Notes: generated by a model from the letters alone, not told the origin. A stretch of DNA of 64,000 nt from an uncultured Candidatus Saccharibacteria bacterium (GCA_964558375.1 CAZLCD010000003.1:155-64154); one strand, 5' to 3'; counted from the stretch's first letter, positions 1 through 9,589 are shown. Translations and numbers: made by a program.

Positions 1-747
1 GAAGCTCTAGCAACAGTAGGTGGACCTACATATATATCTAGAATAGTTCATGATTCACAAAATCAGGCCGTGTATTATCTAGAGCACGATGAAGGGGGTA
101 GAGATTGTCCTGCCATAATTCATAAAATCGATCTGAAAACAAAGGTTGATTCTGAAGTAAAGTCTTGCAGTGAAGCTGAAATTATGAGTTCTGAATCTTA
201 CAGTAGTCTAATGGGGAATACTTTTAAAGATTTCAATTATCTGCACAGTATTAATTTAAAGAAAAATAATATCTCTTTAGATATAAAGACTATCTCAGAG
301 AACAAGGATACTGACGGTTATACAATGTCGACTGATTTTAAAATGTCACTGTTTCAAGATAAGGTAAATAAATCCATTGTTGATTTTAAAGGCTGCTCAG
401 TAGATGATCCTAATACAATAGAAGGCTATATGGTGCCAGATTCTAATACTCTCATTTTATTGATATCTAGAAAGAGAAATTGTTTCGAAGGTGGATATAT
501 TGGAGAAGATTTATATGTTGTAGATGGCATAAATTATCATGACAAAGTTCCGGTTAGAACCTATAAAGATGTAGCCCCTACCGAACCTAATGCGGGTAAC
601 TTGGTCGTCTATCCTTCAGTAGAAGGTGGGGAAGTTAAAAATAATGTTTCTGAGGATAAAAAATTAAATAATAACAATACGATATTAGTAGTTCTAGTGT
701 TTATTGTTGGTTTAATGTTGGGATATATTGTAAAGAGAAAGGTTTAA
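1..747 (+). CDS. Hypothetical protein with C-terminal transmembrane anchor (5' end truncated by window edge)
   Basis: Frame is open from base 1 to the stop at 747; C-terminal hydrophobic stretch ILVVLVFIVGLMLGYIV followed by KRK. Confidence 0.7.
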   Translation, partial: EALATVGGPTYISRIVHDSQNQAVYYLEHDEGGRDCPAIIHKIDLKTKVDSEVKSCSEAEIMSSESYSSLMGNTFKDFNYLHSINLKKNNISLDIKTISENKDTDGYTMSTDFKMSLFQDKVNKSIVDFKGCSVDDPNTIEGYMVPDSNTLILLISRKRNCFEGGYIGEDLYVVDGINYHDKVPVRTYKDVAPTEPNAGNLVVYPSVEGGEVKNNVSEDKKLNNNNTILVVLVFIVGLMLGYIVKRKV

Positions 748-771
748 AAAACTGTGGTAGAATAATGCCAT

Positions 772-1362
772 ATGAAAAACAACAAAAAACTTATAATTGG
801 AATTTCGTTACCCCTATTAGTAATTCTTTTCGTTATCGGAGCTGTGGTTTTTCCCAAGCTATTTTTTAACCCAAAGTATGATTTTGTCTATACTATTGAT
901 CCTATGTGTAATGATTATAATTGCAGATATTATTATAATGTTCCAAATCCGATATACCCATACAATGTGACTGACGGGAAGATTTCTAAAGCAGAAAAAC
1001 TATCTCCAATCACAATCCCTGATCCAAATGATTATCAAAAGAAAGTTACTGTAGAGGCTATTTATCCGAAATTATATATTTACCACGTAGATAAAGAATC
1101 ATTTGAAGAAATATCTCTAGAACAAGCACAGAAACTAAACTTAACTAATGGAGGCTCTGATCCAGATGGTACGGTAGTTACAAATGCTAACAATGGCAGT
1201 AGGGGAATTGTTGGAGAAGTTCTTGGGGGTGGATCTTATTATAATAGATACGACCTTTATCTTAAAAACGGCTCTTTCTCTAAAAAGATCACAATTGAAA
1301 ATGGTGGACGACAAGATTATTATTACAACTCTAATTTTCGTTTAATAGGTTGGGTAAAATAA
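772..1362 (+). CDS. Hypothetical membrane-anchored protein
   Basis: N-terminal TM helix; extended -10 TGGTAGAAT ends 8 nt before the ATG. Confidence 0.75.
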   Translation: MKNNKKLIIGISLPLLVILFVIGAVVFPKLFFNPKYDFVYTIDPMCNDYNCRYYYNVPNPIYPYNVTDGKISKAEKLSPITIPDPNDYQKKVTVEAIYPKLYIYHVDKESFEEISLEQAQKLNLTNGGSDPDGTVVTNANNGSRGIVGEVLGGGSYYNRYDLYLKNGSFSKKITIENGGRQDYYYNSNFRLIGWVK

Positions 1363-1372
1363 TTATTATAAT

Positions 1373-2368
1373 ATGAACAAAGAACAATTGATCGGGGTTC
1401 TTAGAGAGAATTTGAAACTAGGTACTATAAGCAAAGAAGAAGTTTTGGCTTTATGTGATGTTGATCCAGCTGTCTCTGTTAGTAATCCAGAATCGAGTTT
1501 ATTTGAAGGGAAGAAGCGTTTTTCTGTGACAAATATTCTTTATTTTATCGGGGGACTAATTCTTCTTATTGGTATTGGAACACTTCTATTTAGATTTTGG
1601 GATGATTTGTCTAGTTTTGTTAAGGTAGCAATCACTCTAGGAATAGCTGTCGCTGCTTATATTTCAGGTATATTGCTCAGATCAGATACTCAGACAGTTG
1701 GTATCGGAGTTATAGCACAAGTAATATCAGGAGCCCTTTTGCCTGTCGGTATTTTCATCACACTCGATGAAATGGGTTTACAGAATATAGGTATCGGTTG
1801 GATAACTAGTGTATCGATTGCTCTAACCTTACTTTACATACTCTCTCTTGTTCTATTCAGATCAATAGTTTTTTCATTCTACTCAATTGCTTTCGGAACA
1901 TGGGCTTTGTATTCAATCATTACTTATGCTCTTACAGATTCATCAACTCTAATTTCTTTTGATATTTATAGCTATACAACCCTTGCTCTTGGTCTGGGGT
2001 ATCTATTCCTGGCATCTTATGTAAGAGGGACATCTCATCGATCATTAGCGCCAGTACTAGACTTTATCGGAAGTATGGGATTCTTCATTGCAGTTCTTGT
2101 CTTAGGTAAATACGCTCCACGACAGAACGTTTTCTGGGAAATTATCGGTGTATTATCTCTATGTGGAGGATTGTATTTATCTAGTGTTACCCACAATAAA
2201 AATATATTAAAAACTACTGGTTTATTTATATTTATTTTCATAGGTAAATTTACTGGAGAATATTTCGTTGATAGTTTTGGTTGGCCTATAGCACTTATCA
2301 TAAGTGGTCTTGTATTAATTGGTGTAGGTTTCGGTCTACTCCGATTTGGTAACAGAATTAAGCAATAG
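1373..2368 (+). CDS. Polytopic membrane protein, DUF2157-like
   Basis: About 10 hydrophobic helices; N-terminal pattern ILYFIGGLILLIGI..FWDDLSSFVK resembles DUF2157 proteins. Confidence 0.65.
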   Translation: MNKEQLIGVLRENLKLGTISKEEVLALCDVDPAVSVSNPESSLFEGKKRFSVTNILYFIGGLILLIGIGTLLFRFWDDLSSFVKVAITLGIAVAAYISGILLRSDTQTVGIGVIAQVISGALLPVGIFITLDEMGLQNIGIGWITSVSIALTLLYILSLVLFRSIVFSFYSIAFGTWALYSIITYALTDSSTLISFDIYSYTTLALGLGYLFLASYVRGTSHRSLAPVLDFIGSMGFFIAVLVLGKYAPRQNVFWEIIGVLSLCGGLYLSSVTHNKNILKTTGLFIFIFIGKFTGEYFVDSFGWPIALIISGLVLIGVGFGLLRFGNRIKQ

Positions 2369-2465
2369 GCGCCATAAGGTATTTCTGCCTAATTTTTTTG
2401 CAATCCTCTTTAAAATGTAGTAATATACTACCTTGTGTTTATCAATTAAATAATTTATCTTCAAA

Positions 2466-3881
2466 ATGAATAACGGAAAGAAAACCAAGATTGTATGTAC
2501 TATAGGTCCAGCTACTGAATCTGTAGAAAAGCTCAATGCACTTGTGCTTGCTGGTATGAATGTAATGAGATTAAACTTTTCTCATGGAGACTTCGCTGAG
2601 CATCAAGGTCGCGTTGATAATCTAAAAAAGGTTGCAGAAAAAACTGGAACAACTATTGCTGTTATGCAAGACCTTGGTGGTCCAAAGATCAGAATTGGAG
2701 ATTTTGAAAAAGGCCTCATCACTCTTAAGGAAGGTCAGGTTTTTACTCTAACCACTGAAAAGATTGTCGGTAATGAAAAGATCGTTCATGTAAATTATCC
2801 TCTTTTACCAAAGGAGGTAAAGGTTGGCGGATATATACTACTCCATGATGGTAAAAAGAAATTGCAAATAACTGATATTAAGGGCAATGAAGTTATTACA
2901 AAGGTCTTGGTTGGCGGAGAGATCAAAAGTAAAAGAGGTGTCAATCTTCCTGGTGCTTATCTTTCTATGAGTTCTATAACTGAAAAGGACAGAAAGGATT
3001 TGGAATTTGGTTTGAAGAATAAAGTTGATTTTATTGCTCTCTCTTTCGTAAGACGACCTAGTGATATTACTGAACTTAGAGAAATTTTGAATGCTCGAAA
3101 GTCAAAAGCTGGAATTATTGCAAAGATCGAAACTCCAGAAGCCCTAGATAATATTGACGAAATCATTAACCTCTGTGACGCTATCATGGTCGCTCGAGGT
3201 GATCTTGCTATCGAGATTCCCGCTGAAGAAGTACCGCTTGTGCAGAAAATGCTTATCAGTAAATGTAATGCTGTCGGTAAGCCAGTGATTACAGCTACAC
3301 AGATGTTAGAATCTATGATCAAGAGCCCTGTAGCAACTCGTGCTGAAGTATCTGATATTGCAAATGCTATTATCGATGGAACAGATGCTATCATGCTTTC
3401 AGAAGAGACAACCCTCGGAGATTTCCCAGTAGAAGCTGTAGAGATGATGACTCGTATCGCTTCACGTGTCGAAAAGGATGTTTATACTACAGACACCATT
3501 GCTGAATACGAAGATTCTCACGGTATTACTGACATTACTTGCCAGTCTGCAGTACTTGCTTCACATGAGGTGGAGGCGCGTTTCTTGGTAGCTCTTACAG
3601 AGTCTGGTAATACAGCTCGTATGTTGGCTCGATATCGTCCAGCAGAAAGAGTTATCGCCCTTACTTCAAACAAAGTTACTGCTCAGAAACTCGCTCTAAG
3701 CTTCGGTTGCTACCCTATAGTTGTGCCAAAATTTGAGACTATGGATGATATTATGACAACAGTAAGAAAGACAGCTCTAAAGTACAAAATAGGTGTAAAA
3801 GGTAACAATGTAGTTGTTGTAGCAGGTATGCCTTTCGGCAAAATGAAAGAGACAAATATGATGCTTATCGAGACTTTGTAA
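2466..3881 (+). CDS. pyk: Pyruvate kinase
   Basis: KTKIVCTIGPA, RLNFSHG, IIAKIE, IMVARGDL, TATQMLESM, DGTDAIMLS motifs. Confidence 0.98.
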   Translation: MNNGKKTKIVCTIGPATESVEKLNALVLAGMNVMRLNFSHGDFAEHQGRVDNLKKVAEKTGTTIAVMQDLGGPKIRIGDFEKGLITLKEGQVFTLTTEKIVGNEKIVHVNYPLLPKEVKVGGYILLHDGKKKLQITDIKGNEVITKVLVGGEIKSKRGVNLPGAYLSMSSITEKDRKDLEFGLKNKVDFIALSFVRRPSDITELREILNARKSKAGIIAKIETPEALDNIDEIINLCDAIMVARGDLAIEIPAEEVPLVQKMLISKCNAVGKPVITATQMLESMIKSPVATRAEVSDIANAIIDGTDAIMLSEETTLGDFPVEAVEMMTRIASRVEKDVYTTDTIAEYEDSHGITDITCQSAVLASHEVEARFLVALTESGNTARMLARYRPAERVIALTSNKVTAQKLALSFGCYPIVVPKFETMDDIMTTVRKTALKYKIGVKGNNVVVVAGMPFGKMKETNMMLIETL

Positions 3882-3915
3882 TAAGGAGATATCGCCACAG
3901 AGCCCTTTTCGAGAG

Positions 3916-3924
3916 TTATCCACA
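3916..3924 (+). promoter_or_regulatory. Perfect DnaA-box consensus TTATCCACA in pyk-radC intergenic region
   Basis: Exact 9-mer; function is inferred. Confidence 0.4.
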
Positions 3925-3953
3925 AGTTCTTAAGATTTGATAAAGTTTTTGTA

Positions 3954-3979
3954 AAAATATCCCCTTGTGGGGATATTTT
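3954..3979. terminator. Hairpin, probable intrinsic terminator of pyk
   Basis: AAAATATCCCC-TTGT-GGGGATATTTT perfect 11-bp inverted repeat. Confidence 0.7.
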
Positions 3980-3998
3980 GTTTGGGTATAATTTGGGA

Positions 3999-4745
3999 AT
4001 GGTAACAAAAACAACAGCAAAATTATATAGTTTGATGGACACCGATCTATTTCTAGACAATAGCAATAGGGAATATGTCTTAAAAATAAAAGACTTACCT
4101 TTGAACGATAAGCCTAGAGCAAAGATGATCAATCATGGACCTGGGTCGTTGTCCTTGGCGGAACTTTTGGCTGTGATTTTTAACACAGGAAGCAAGTCGG
4201 AAGATGTTTTGGAAATGTCCAATCGCATTATCCGTGAATATGGCGAGAAGAGTATTATCTCAGAAAAGAATGTCGAAAGACTTTCTATGGAGCTCAATAT
4301 TCCCATTGTTAAAGCCAGTCAGATTATCGCTTGTGGAGAGATAGGTCGAAGGTTCTATGAGAAAAATAGTTCAGGGCTTACGGTTATTCGTAGTGCAAAG
4401 GATGTGTATGAACATTTGAGAGATATGCACAATCTCCCAAAGGAGCATCTTAGGGGTCTATATTTAAATAGCCACAATCGCATTATTCACGATGAAGTGC
4501 TTTCTATCGGAACCATCAACACCAATATCATTCATCCGAGAGAAGTTTTTCGACCTGCTTTACAGTACAATGCCGCGGCTATTGTCCTAGCTCACAATCA
4601 TCCTTCAAATATCCCCACCCCAAGCGCACAGGATATAGAAGCTACCAATCAGATTATCGAAGCAGGCAAAATCATTGGCATTAGTGTTTTGGACCATGTA
4701 ATAATCACAAAAAGCACTTATGTAAGTATTAATGCGCATTATTAA
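3999..4745 (+). CDS. radC: RadC family JAB-domain protein
   Basis: KPRAKM..GPGSLSLAELLA, HPREVF, AHNHPS, VLDHVII; ATG 3999 lies 6 nt after TATAAT. Confidence 0.93.
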   Translation: MVTKTTAKLYSLMDTDLFLDNSNREYVLKIKDLPLNDKPRAKMINHGPGSLSLAELLAVIFNTGSKSEDVLEMSNRIIREYGEKSIISEKNVERLSMELNIPIVKASQIIACGEIGRRFYEKNSSGLTVIRSAKDVYEHLRDMHNLPKEHLRGLYLNSHNRIIHDEVLSIGTINTNIIHPREVFRPALQYNAAAIVLAHNHPSNIPTPSAQDIEATNQIIEAGKIIGISVLDHVIITKSTYVSINAHY

Positions 4746-4773
4746 TTCATTATCAATTTAATTTATATCTATT

Positions 4774-5073
4774 ATGAGTACATATAATATTATTTCCCCA
4801 TCTTTAAGCGGTTTCCTATCAGACGATCACTTGTATTTCGAGGGTATAAAATGCCCGGTTGAGATATACAGAATAAGGGATTGCAAATATATCTCGAGAG
4901 ATTCTGTAGACGTTTTGGAAAAGTATTTTAACGATATACACAATCTTTTTCTAAAAAAGCTTTCAAAGTTTTCTACTTCCGAAAATTCCACAGATGAAGA
5001 AATCACAAAAATGCAGGCTCTTTTGCAAGAATTAGTAAAGGTTAAGGGGCTTATAGAAGGAAGGACGGATTAG
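4774..5073 (+). CDS. Hypothetical protein
   Basis: 99-aa ORF filling the gap between radC and the murD-like gene; no recognised motif. Confidence 0.55.
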   Translation: MSTYNIISPSLSGFLSDDHLYFEGIKCPVEIYRIRDCKYISRDSVDVLEKYFNDIHNLFLKKLSKFSTSENSTDEEITKMQALLQELVKVKGLIEGRTD

Positions 5074-5087
5074 TGTATAATATGTGG

Positions 5088-6389
5088 GTGAATTATAAAG
5101 ACTATTTCAAAGACAAGAAGATCGCTATAGTCGGCCTCGGTCCCCACGGTGAGATGTTGGCAGACATTAAGTTTCTATTGAAGAATAAGGCTCAAGTTTC
5201 GCTTTATGATATGCGAAGTGAAGAGAGGGTTAGTAAATATGTACTAGATCTACCTGTCGGCGGTTGTCGCAAATTCTCCTTTGGCAAAATAGATGGTGAC
5301 GAACTTCTTGATGAAGATATCATTATCCTTTCTCCAGAAGTTTCCAAGAAAAGCAATTTTCTAAAGAAAGCTAGTTCTGCCGGTAAGCAGATCGAATTTA
5401 TCGATACAATGTTTTTGAAATTGATACCTCCTATTACTTTGATCGGGGTGATAGGTTCATATGGTAAGAGTGTTGTTTCTCATCTTATATATTCTGTTTT
5501 AAAGAAGGCCTTTGCTTTGAACAAGGATCAAGGGCTTTTTTTCATTGATTCAGATCTAAGCGGAGGCACTTTAAATAATTTAAAAAAGATTAACAAAGGA
5601 GATGTAGTGATATGTCGCATCCCAGAGTATCTAATGGAGTACTATCATAAGCTTCGCATTAGCCCTCATGTAGCTGTCATAACTTCGGTAGTACCTTTCG
5701 ATATACTTGAATTTCAAACCTATAACAATTTTGTTATAGCTTCCGACGAGGTTATAGATGCCATTAAAAAACATTCAAAAAATCCTTCAAAAGCCAAGAT
5801 TTTGCGAACCTATGCAAACTCTATTCCAGCTGAATGGAATATGGCTATCAATAATATTCATGATAAAGAAAATGCGGCCTTGGTTTTACAAACTGCTGAG
5901 CTCTTCAAGGTTTCAACTGATATTGTACGTGAGGTTCTACAAAATTTTACTGGACTTAAGGGACATATCGAATTGGTTAAAAGGGTAGGCGGTGTTGAAT
6001 ATTATAATGATACAAATTCCGTGCATCCTTTATCAACTCTCAATGCTATCAAGACATTATCTTCCAATAAAAATTTAATCTTAATTATGGGTGGTGCATA
6101 TACTGGTTATGACTATGACCATTTGATCGATAAGATTTCAAATTATGTTTCAACTATTATTCTTTTGCCAGGTAGTGGTACGGTCGGCTTGCGCTCAAGG
6201 ATCGACGCCCTAAAAGACGTCACTGTCTTGCAGGCTCTAGATCTGGAGAAGGCTGTAGAGCTGGCCTGTGATAATGCTCAAAAGGGTGAAATAGTGCTGT
6301 TTAGCCCTAGTTTTGAGGCTGTGGGGGTGGATTTATCGAAGAAAGAGAGGGGAGAGAGGTTTGTGAGAGCTGTAAGGAGTTTGTCCTAA
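5088..6389 (+). CDS. MurD-like Mur ligase (divergent, possibly degenerate)
   Basis: KKIAIVGLG Rossmann N-domain, P-loop variant GSYGKS, FTGLKGHIE, YYNDT, LIMGG, VLFSPSF; GTG 5088 is 6 nt after TATAAT. Confidence 0.8.
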   Translation: MNYKDYFKDKKIAIVGLGPHGEMLADIKFLLKNKAQVSLYDMRSEERVSKYVLDLPVGGCRKFSFGKIDGDELLDEDIIILSPEVSKKSNFLKKASSAGKQIEFIDTMFLKLIPPITLIGVIGSYGKSVVSHLIYSVLKKAFALNKDQGLFFIDSDLSGGTLNNLKKINKGDVVICRIPEYLMEYYHKLRISPHVAVITSVVPFDILEFQTYNNFVIASDEVIDAIKKHSKNPSKAKILRTYANSIPAEWNMAINNIHDKENAALVLQTAELFKVSTDIVREVLQNFTGLKGHIELVKRVGGVEYYNDTNSVHPLSTLNAIKTLSSNKNLILIMGGAYTGYDYDHLIDKISNYVSTIILLPGSGTVGLRSRIDALKDVTVLQALDLEKAVELACDNAQKGEIVLFSPSFEAVGVDLSKKERGERFVRAVRSLS

Positions 6390-6405
6390 TCTACAGTTAA
6401 TCCTC

Positions 6406-7296
6406 TTAATCTCCACATATTATACAGACCACGGTGCCATCCCAAGATTTTCCTGTATAGACTGCTTGCATAAGTCCTGCAACTGACAGGGCACTATTTG
6501 TAGAAATAGAAATATCCGTATGCTTTTTTGTGATATCTTGCGCCGCTAGTATCTGTTCATTTGAAGCTATCCATGCACTTCCGCCTGTTTTTTCTATAAG
6601 CTTGATCAGTGTATCTTTTCTTTTGGCCATATGATCCACTATTGCATCTGCTATTGATTTTTCATCTATCACATCGCTATCTACAAATGCATTGGCAATC
6701 GGGTGACACGATGAAGTCTGCACTATATGCATCTCAACTTTTTTATTTTTCGAAATAAAGTTTTCTGCCAAAGCTTGCGCTGTTGTGCCGGATGATGTGC
6801 CTATAAAAACCGCCTGCAGATCCGCTATTTCCAAAAGTTCATCAGCAAGTGTCGAATAACCGATAAGTGCATTGTCATCGTTCGATTGTCTAAGAGCTTT
6901 GATCGATGTATCCTTTGTCTTTTGAAATAAAGTCTGAAGAGGCCTATCATGCATAGTGACATTTATATTTTCATTTCTAAAAGTCTCTAAATTATTTAAC
7001 TTTTTTTTAGAAATATGTTGACCAATAAGTATATCAAGTGAAATTTTCTTCTCTCCATTACTTTTTTTATTTTCTTGATTTACTTTGTGTATATGCTGCG
7101 CCGCAGCTAGAGCCGCATTGCCAGAAGAAGAGATGGCAAAGTGTTCAATACCTTGCTTTGAATACATATCTATCATCACGGGTATAGACCTACCTTTATG
7201 TGAACCGTATAGATGCAGATCTTCTCTTTTAAAGACTAGAGAGTCTATCTGCAATGCTTTTGCTAATTCGATATAAGGTTCTTGGGGGGTTATCAT
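6406..7296 (-). CDS. PLP-dependent fold-type-II enzyme (threonine synthase/cysteine synthase-like)
   Basis: KREDLHLYGSHKGR (PLP lysine), SSSGNAA, GTSSGTT, SIADAIV; start moved to ATG 7296, 6 nt after TATTAT. Confidence 0.85.
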   Translation of the reverse strand: MITPQEPYIELAKALQIDSLVFKREDLHLYGSHKGRSIPVMIDMYSKQGIEHFAISSSGNAALAAAQHIHKVNQENKKSNGEKKISLDILIGQHISKKKLNNLETFRNENINVTMHDRPLQTLFQKTKDTSIKALRQSNDDNALIGYSTLADELLEIADLQAVFIGTSSGTTAQALAENFISKNKKVEMHIVQTSSCHPIANAFVDSDVIDEKSIADAIVDHMAKRKDTLIKLIEKTGGSAWIASNEQILAAQDITKKHTDISISTNSALSVAGLMQAVYTGKSWDGTVVCIICGD

Positions 7297-7373
7297 GTTG
7301 ATATAATACAACGTTTTATGTACTATTAAAAGATAAGTTATTAATAAATATGTATTTTCAATCAATAAAAGTC

Positions 7374-7538
7374 ATGAAATCAAATTGTCCAGAATGTAAA
7401 AATGATATAGACCTTTCACGTTACCCATCTGTAGAAGAAGGTATGGTTATCGAATGTAATCATTGCGGTATTACCTTGCTTGCCAAGAATATAGCCGGCG
7501 ACACACTTTCTACTGAGATTGTTGACGAAGGGAAGTAA
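7374..7538 (+). CDS. LysW-like zinc-ribbon small protein (putative carrier protein), 54 aa
   Basis: CPEC..(x19)..CNHCG with acidic tail EIVDEGK; same size and layout as LysW but lacks EDWGE. Confidence 0.75.
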   Translation: MKSNCPECKNDIDLSRYPSVEEGMVIECNHCGITLLAKNIAGDTLSTEIVDEGK

Positions 7539-8877
7539 TAACTTCTTCTATCATTCCTCGGAAGCCATGAGAGCCTAAGAAAACTATAACTTCTCCGGAA
7601 GTGATGGCCTTTTTTACTAATTCTTTATCATCTTCAATATAGTAAGTGTTTGCATTTGTCTTTTTAATTATTTCAGCCAATCTATCTCCCTCTATAGGTT
7701 TGTTTTCCTCCTCGGATATTTTTAGTCTCGTTAATCGAGGAATAAGAACTATATCTGCATCTTTGAAAGCATTATCGTACATATGAGCTGAGCTTTCTTG
7801 TCTGCCACCGATATTTGGTTCATATATTGCTACTATCTTGTCTTTATAAACTTCTCTTATACTCTCTAAGACAGAAGAAGCTTTCTCTGGTGTGGGGGCA
7901 TGGCAATCAAAAACCGTGACTTTACCTTCTAATCTTTTTTCTAATCTCCTCTTTATGCCTTTAAAATTTTGAATTGCTTCTATGATAGTTTCTGGTTCAA
8001 TTCCTATTTCGGAAGCCATGGCGAAGCTGCCCGCTATATTTTCTGCGTTAAATTTACCTAGCATTGGCGAGTGGATTTTATAACTATTTCCTTTATTTTC
8101 TAAAATAAAATCAATGCCATCTCTCGTTTGGTTGGTTGAATGATAATAATAATCTGAATCAGATGTTTTTCCATAGGTAACAGCAATCTTTCCATTCAAA
8201 GCTTTTTTAATACCTTGATTATCATTACATATAACTATATTTTTAGTTTTTTCTATTAATTCTTCAAAAACTTTGAAATACGATTCTTCTGTAGGGTATA
8301 GGTCTGCATGATCCCAAGATACTGATGTTAATAGTAGGTGATTGGGGTGATAATAGACGAATTTTGGACGCTTATCCGAAATCGATACTTGATATTCATC
8401 ACCCTCTACTATGCTCCACTTTGAATCACTCAAGGCTCCGGTATTATGTGATAGAGATAATCCACCTGTGAAATAACTAGGGTCCATCTTTGCTTCAATC
8501 ATTATAAAAGATAATAGGGAAGAGATGGTAGTTTTGCCCCAAGTTCCGGTGACCACTATCGAGTTTTCTTTTATAAAATACTTTTCTAATATTTCCGGAT
8601 ACGAATATATTGGTATATTGTTTTCTTTGGCATACATTATCTCTGGATTCTTTGGACTAGTGCCTCCGCCGCCTATCATTACCATATCCGGCTTGCCTAT
8701 ATTTTCTGGATGCCAACCAGCGTAAAAGAGGATTCCATGTTTCTCCAATTCTGTAGAAACAGGAGGAAAGAAGCCTTTATCAGAACCAGTGACTTTCCAA
8801 CCCTTTTCCTTGAAAGCAATAGCAATAGCGCTGGTTGCTACACCGCAGATGCCGATGATGTGAAGGTGTTTGGACAT
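7510..8877 (-). CDS. Mpl/MurC-like UDP-MurNAc peptide ligase
   Basis: HLHIIGICG, VTGSD..FPPVSTELE (Mpl-type), GTWGKTT, VEGDEY, WDHADLY, FKGIKRRLE, GSHGF. Confidence 0.85.
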   Translation of the reverse strand: MSKHLHIIGICGVATSAIAIAFKEKGWKVTGSDKGFFPPVSTELEKHGILFYAGWHPENIGKPDMVMIGGGGTSPKNPEIMYAKENNIPIYSYPEILEKYFIKENSIVVTGTWGKTTISSLLSFIMIEAKMDPSYFTGGLSLSHNTGALSDSKWSIVEGDEYQVSISDKRPKFVYYHPNHLLLTSVSWDHADLYPTEESYFKVFEELIEKTKNIVICNDNQGIKKALNGKIAVTYGKTSDSDYYYHSTNQTRDGIDFILENKGNSYKIHSPMLGKFNAENIAGSFAMASEIGIEPETIIEAIQNFKGIKRRLEKRLEGKVTVFDCHAPTPEKASSVLESIREVYKDKIVAIYEPNIGGRQESSAHMYDNAFKDADIVLIPRLTRLKISEEENKPIEGDRLAEIIKKTNANTYYIEDDKELVKKAITSGEVIVFLGSHGFRGMIEEVITSLRQQSQ

Positions 8878-8924
8878 TAGGTTATTATACTGGAAGGTTA
8901 GAGGAAGGTCGATGTTTAGTAAAT

Positions 8925-9227
8925 CTACCCCAACTGAACCTCTTTATTAAAAGCTTTCGCTATGCGATATAGCGTTCCAAGAGAGAAGCTATGTTTTCCA
9001 CTCTCAATACGAGCAATTACAGATTGAGGCATCTTAGCCTCTATTGCTAAGGCTTTCTGTGTAAGTTTATTCTCTATTCGCATTTTTTTTATCTGATAGG
9101 CAAGCTTAAGGCGAGCCATCTCCTCATTGTAATTTTTGACAAAGGATTTGGATTTGAAATATTTACCAAATGACTCCTCAAATGAGTACATCTTAATAGT
9201 TTTATTGTTAACTTTTATTTCTTTCAT
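8925..9227 (-). CDS. XRE-family HTH antitoxin (HigA-like)
   Basis: LTQKALA..AKMPQSVIARIESG HTH; directly downstream of a RelE-like gene. Confidence 0.85.
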   Translation of the reverse strand: MKEIKVNNKTIKMYSFEESFGKYFKSKSFVKNYNEEMARLKLAYQIKKMRIENKLTQKALAIEAKMPQSVIARIESGKHSFSLGTLYRIAKAFNKEVQLG

Positions 9228-9237
9228 TGATTTTGGG

Positions 9238-9555
9238 TTATTGTTTGTTAATAATTTTATATATTTTCTCAGCATACTCAATTTCTGCCCTAGGAGCTTT
9301 TTTGGTTTTCTTTATAAAAATTCTAATGAGATAAATGATACATACCTCAATGAAAAAGATAATTCTATATCTGCCCACAATTAACTCTTTTACTTTTCCT
9401 CTCAATGTCTTTATGTATAAAACACTAAAGTAAGCATTGCATAAAGCCTCAACCTCACTCGTTATCTTCACCCTATCTTTCTCAGGTAGGGAATCAATAA
9501 AATCTTTCACCTCTTCAAGTACAATTAACTTGTAAACATGATTTTCTTTATTCAT
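9238..9555 (-). CDS. RelE/ParE-superfamily toxin (HigB/Gp49-like)
   Basis: VKDFIDSL, IKTLRGKVKEL, YRIIFF, FIKKTKKAPRAEIEYA; toxin-before-HTH gene order. Confidence 0.85.
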   Translation of the reverse strand: MNKENHVYKLIVLEEVKDFIDSLPEKDRVKITSEVEALCNAYFSVLYIKTLRGKVKELIVGRYRIIFFIEVCIIYLIRIFIKKTKKAPRAEIEYAEKIYKIINKQ

Positions 9556-9559
9556 ATGT

Positions 9560-9589
9560 AGTATATCAATATTGCTATATTGATGTCAA
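9560..9589 (-). promoter_or_regulatory. Sigma70 promoter of TA operon with palindromic operator
   Basis: TTGACA-N18-TATACT on minus strand; inverted repeat ATCAATAT-TGCT-ATATTGAT (9565-9584) fills the spacer. Confidence 0.75.

Noticed and set aside
3882-3998. Replication origin at the DnaA box near radC
   Set aside because: Single box in a 117-bp gap, with no dnaA/dnaN and no box cluster.
6406-7538. Ordinary LysW lysine/arginine or threonine biosynthesis operon
   Set aside because: No lysY/Z/J/K or thrA/B in the window, and the carrier lacks the essential EDWGE terminus.
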